NCBI GenBank assembly: GCA_963748215.1
Contig: CAVVHS010000009.1
Location: 128,001-192,000, forward strand
DNA from: an uncultured Gammaproteobacteria bacterium
Lineage (GTDB): Bacteria; Pseudomonadota; Gammaproteobacteria; UBA9214
DNA: 64,000 nucleotides
Direction of reading: 5' to 3'
Position 1 is the stretch's first letter. Each line of letters begins with the position of its first letter. Both the position numbers and the translations under genes were made by a program. The notes below the pieces were generated by a model, which made no database searches, was not told where the DNA came from, and worked only from the letters and a program-made list of their open reading frames with translations. Of this stretch, positions 61,440 to 64,000 are shown piece by piece.

Positions 61440-62630
61440 GTGTCAAAGGAAAAATTTCAACGAACGAAGCCGCACGTGAATGTGGGAACGATTGGACACG
61501 TGGATCACGGGAAGACGACGTTGACGGCGGCGATCACGAAGGTGATGGCGGAGCTGCGCGGTGGCGAATTCAAGGCCTATGACCAGATTGACAACGCACC
61601 GGAAGAACGTGCGCGCGGCATTACGATTGCGACGGCGCACGTGGAGTACGAGTCGGAGGCGCGTCACTATGCGCACGTGGACTGTCCGGGGCATGCGGAT
61701 TATGTGAAGAACATGATCACGGGTGCGGCGCAGATGGACGGTGCGATTCTGGTGGTGAGTGCGGCGGACGGTCCGATGCCGCAGACGCGCGAGCACATAT
61801 TGCTGAGTCGTCAGGTCGGTGTTCCGTACATTCTGGTGTACATGAACAAGGCGGACATGGTTGACGATGCGGAGCTTCTGGAGCTGGTAGAGATGGAGAT
61901 CCGGGAGTTGCTGGACAAGTATGATTTTCCGGGGGATGACACGCCGATTGTGACGGGATCTGCACTGAAGGCGCTGGAGGGTGACACGAGCGACATTGGT
62001 GTGCCGTCGATTGTGAAGCTGGTTGAGGAGATGGATCGTTACATACCGGAGCCGGAGCGTGCGATAGACGGTGGTTTTTTGATGCCGGTGGAGGATGTAT
62101 TTTCGATTTCGGGCCGCGGCACGGTGGTAACGGGACGTATCGAGCGCGGGATTGTGAAGGTCGGCGACGAGATCGAGATTGTGGGTATCAACCCGACGAT
62201 GAAGACGACGTGCACGGGTGTGGAGATGTTCCGCAAGTTGCTGGACCAGGGGCAGGCGGGTGACAACGTGGGTGTATTGCTGCGCGGCACGAAGCGCGAG
62301 GAAGTGGAGCGTGGACAGGTGTTGTGCAAGCCGGGCAGCATCAAGCCGCACACGAAGTTCGAGTGCGAGGTGTACGTGCTGAGCAAGGAAGAGGGTGGTC
62401 GTCACACGCCGTTTTTCAGCAATTACCGACCGCAGTTTTATTTCCGCACGACGGACGTGACGGGTGCGGTGGATTTGCCGGAAGGAGTGGAGATGGTGAT
62501 GCCGGGTGACAACGTGAAGATGACGGTGTCGCTGATTGCGCCGATTGCGATGGAAGACGGGCTGCGCTTCGCGATTCGCGAAGGCGGCCGCACCGTCGGT
62601 GCCGGCGTGGTGTCGAAGATTATCGAATGA
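61440..62630 (+). CDS. tuf: Elongation factor Tu (copy 2, intact, GTG start)
   Basis: GHVDHGKT; DCPGH; NKAD. Confidence 0.99.
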   Translation: MSKEKFQRTKPHVNVGTIGHVDHGKTTLTAAITKVMAELRGGEFKAYDQIDNAPEERARGITIATAHVEYESEARHYAHVDCPGHADYVKNMITGAAQMDGAILVVSAADGPMPQTREHILLSRQVGVPYILVYMNKADMVDDAELLELVEMEIRELLDKYDFPGDDTPIVTGSALKALEGDTSDIGVPSIVKLVEEMDRYIPEPERAIDGGFLMPVEDVFSISGRGTVVTGRIERGIVKVGDEIEIVGINPTMKTTCTGVEMFRKLLDQGQAGDNVGVLLRGTKREEVERGQVLCKPGSIKPHTKFECEVYVLSKEEGGRHTPFFSNYRPQFYFRTTDVTGAVDLPEGVEMVMPGDNVKMTVSLIAPIAMEDGLRFAIREGGRTVGAGVVSKIIE

Positions 62631-62670
62631 TGTAAGGGTCGTGCCCGGCCTGTGCCGGGCACACGAATCC

Positions 62671-63064
<394 letters not shown>

Positions 63065-63075
63065 TGGATAACGAG

Positions 63076-63717
63076 ATGACTATCGGAATTGTAGGACGCA
63101 AGGCAGGCATGACGCGCATCATCGGTGATGACGGCGTCACCGTGCCGGTAACGGTGATCGCGGTCGAGCCGAACCGCGTGACGCAGGTCAAGACCGCCGA
63201 TTCGGACGGCTACCGTGCGCTGCAGGTAACCACCGGCAATCGCAAGCCCTCACGCGTGACCCGCCCCATGGCAGGTCATTTCGCCAAGGCCGGTACCGAG
63301 GCGGGTCGCGGTCTGTGGGAATTCCCGCTGGCCGACGGCGAGGGTGATGACATCCAGGTCGGCAGCGAGATCAATGTCGCGATGTTCGAGGCCGGGCAGA
63401 AGGTCGACGTCACCGGAACCTCGATCGGCAAGGGTTTTGCCGGCGTGATCAAGCGCTATCACTTCAGCATGCAGGATGCGACGCACGGTAACTCGCTGTC
63501 GCACCGGGCGCCGGGTTCCATCGGTCAGAACCAGACCCCGGGACGCGTCGTCAAGGGCAAGAAGATGTGCGGCCACCTCGGCAACGTGCGTCGCAGCACC
63601 CAGAATATCGAGGTGGTGCGAGTCGATGCCGAGCGTAACCTGCTGCTGGTGAAGGGCTCGGTACCGGGCGCCAGGGGTGGTGATGTGATCATTCGTCCGG
63701 CAGTCAAGGCGCGCTAG
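63076..63717 (+). CDS. rplC: 50S ribosomal protein L3
   Basis: GKGFAG; THGNS.SHR.PGSIG. Confidence 0.98.
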   Translation: MTIGIVGRKAGMTRIIGDDGVTVPVTVIAVEPNRVTQVKTADSDGYRALQVTTGNRKPSRVTRPMAGHFAKAGTEAGRGLWEFPLADGEGDDIQVGSEINVAMFEAGQKVDVTGTSIGKGFAGVIKRYHFSMQDATHGNSLSHRAPGSIGQNQTPGRVVKGKKMCGHLGNVRRSTQNIEVVRVDAERNLLLVKGSVPGARGGDVIIRPAVKAR

Positions 63718-63727
63718 GAGTATTACG

Positions 63728-64000
63728 ATGGATTTACAGTTACAAGGTGCCAAGGCGAAAATCAAGGTCTCCGACGTCGTCTTCGGCCAGGACTTCAAGG
63801 AAGCGCTGGTTCACCAGGTCCTGACGGCCTGCATGGCGAGCGCGCGGTCCGGCAATTCGCAGCAGAAGACCCGCTCCATGGTCAGGGGCGGCGGCATCAA
63901 GCCGTGGCGCCAGAAGGGTACCGGCCGGGCACGTGCCGGCACCATCCGCAGCCCGCTGTGGCGTGGCGGCGGCAAGGTGTTCGCGTCCGTGCCGCGCAGC
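63728..64000 (+). CDS. rplD: 50S ribosomal protein L4 (partial)
   Basis: Hand translation gives [25 protein letters not shown]. Confidence 0.97.
   Translation, partial: MDLQLQGAKAKIKVSDVVFGQDFKEALVHQVLTACMASARSGNSQQKTRSMVRGGGIKPWRQKGTGRARAGTIRSPLWRGGGKVFASVPRS

Overview
High-GC gammaproteobacterial chromosome segment (Chromatiales/Thiogranum-like by gene content; inference) with four blocks. (1) The 5' end of flgA diverges from flgB-L, and both sides have sigma-54 consensus promoters. Next come a sigma-28-preceded His-rich orphan gene, a ~640 bp non-coding tract with a thrice-repeated GGA-hairpin motif, and a hybrid kinase paired with a REC-ANTAR-like regulator. (2) A rearranged MSHA-like type IV pilus locus lacks mshQ. 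Its MshP/PilX-like pilin carries an inserted 7x45-aa repeat (probable beta-propeller), and the pilin block is bracketed by inverted composite repeats. (3) A sigma-28-preceded operon encodes a TonB-dependent receptor, a YfiR-like protein and a membrane GGDEF-EAL protein, followed by assorted small genes. (4) The core cluster runs tRNAs-tuf-secE-nusG-rplKAJL-rpoBC-rpsLG-fusA-tuf-rpsJ-rplCD. Single-base indels in tuf, rpoB, fusA and mshA look like sequencing or assembly errors. All family calls come from motif recognition, not database searches.
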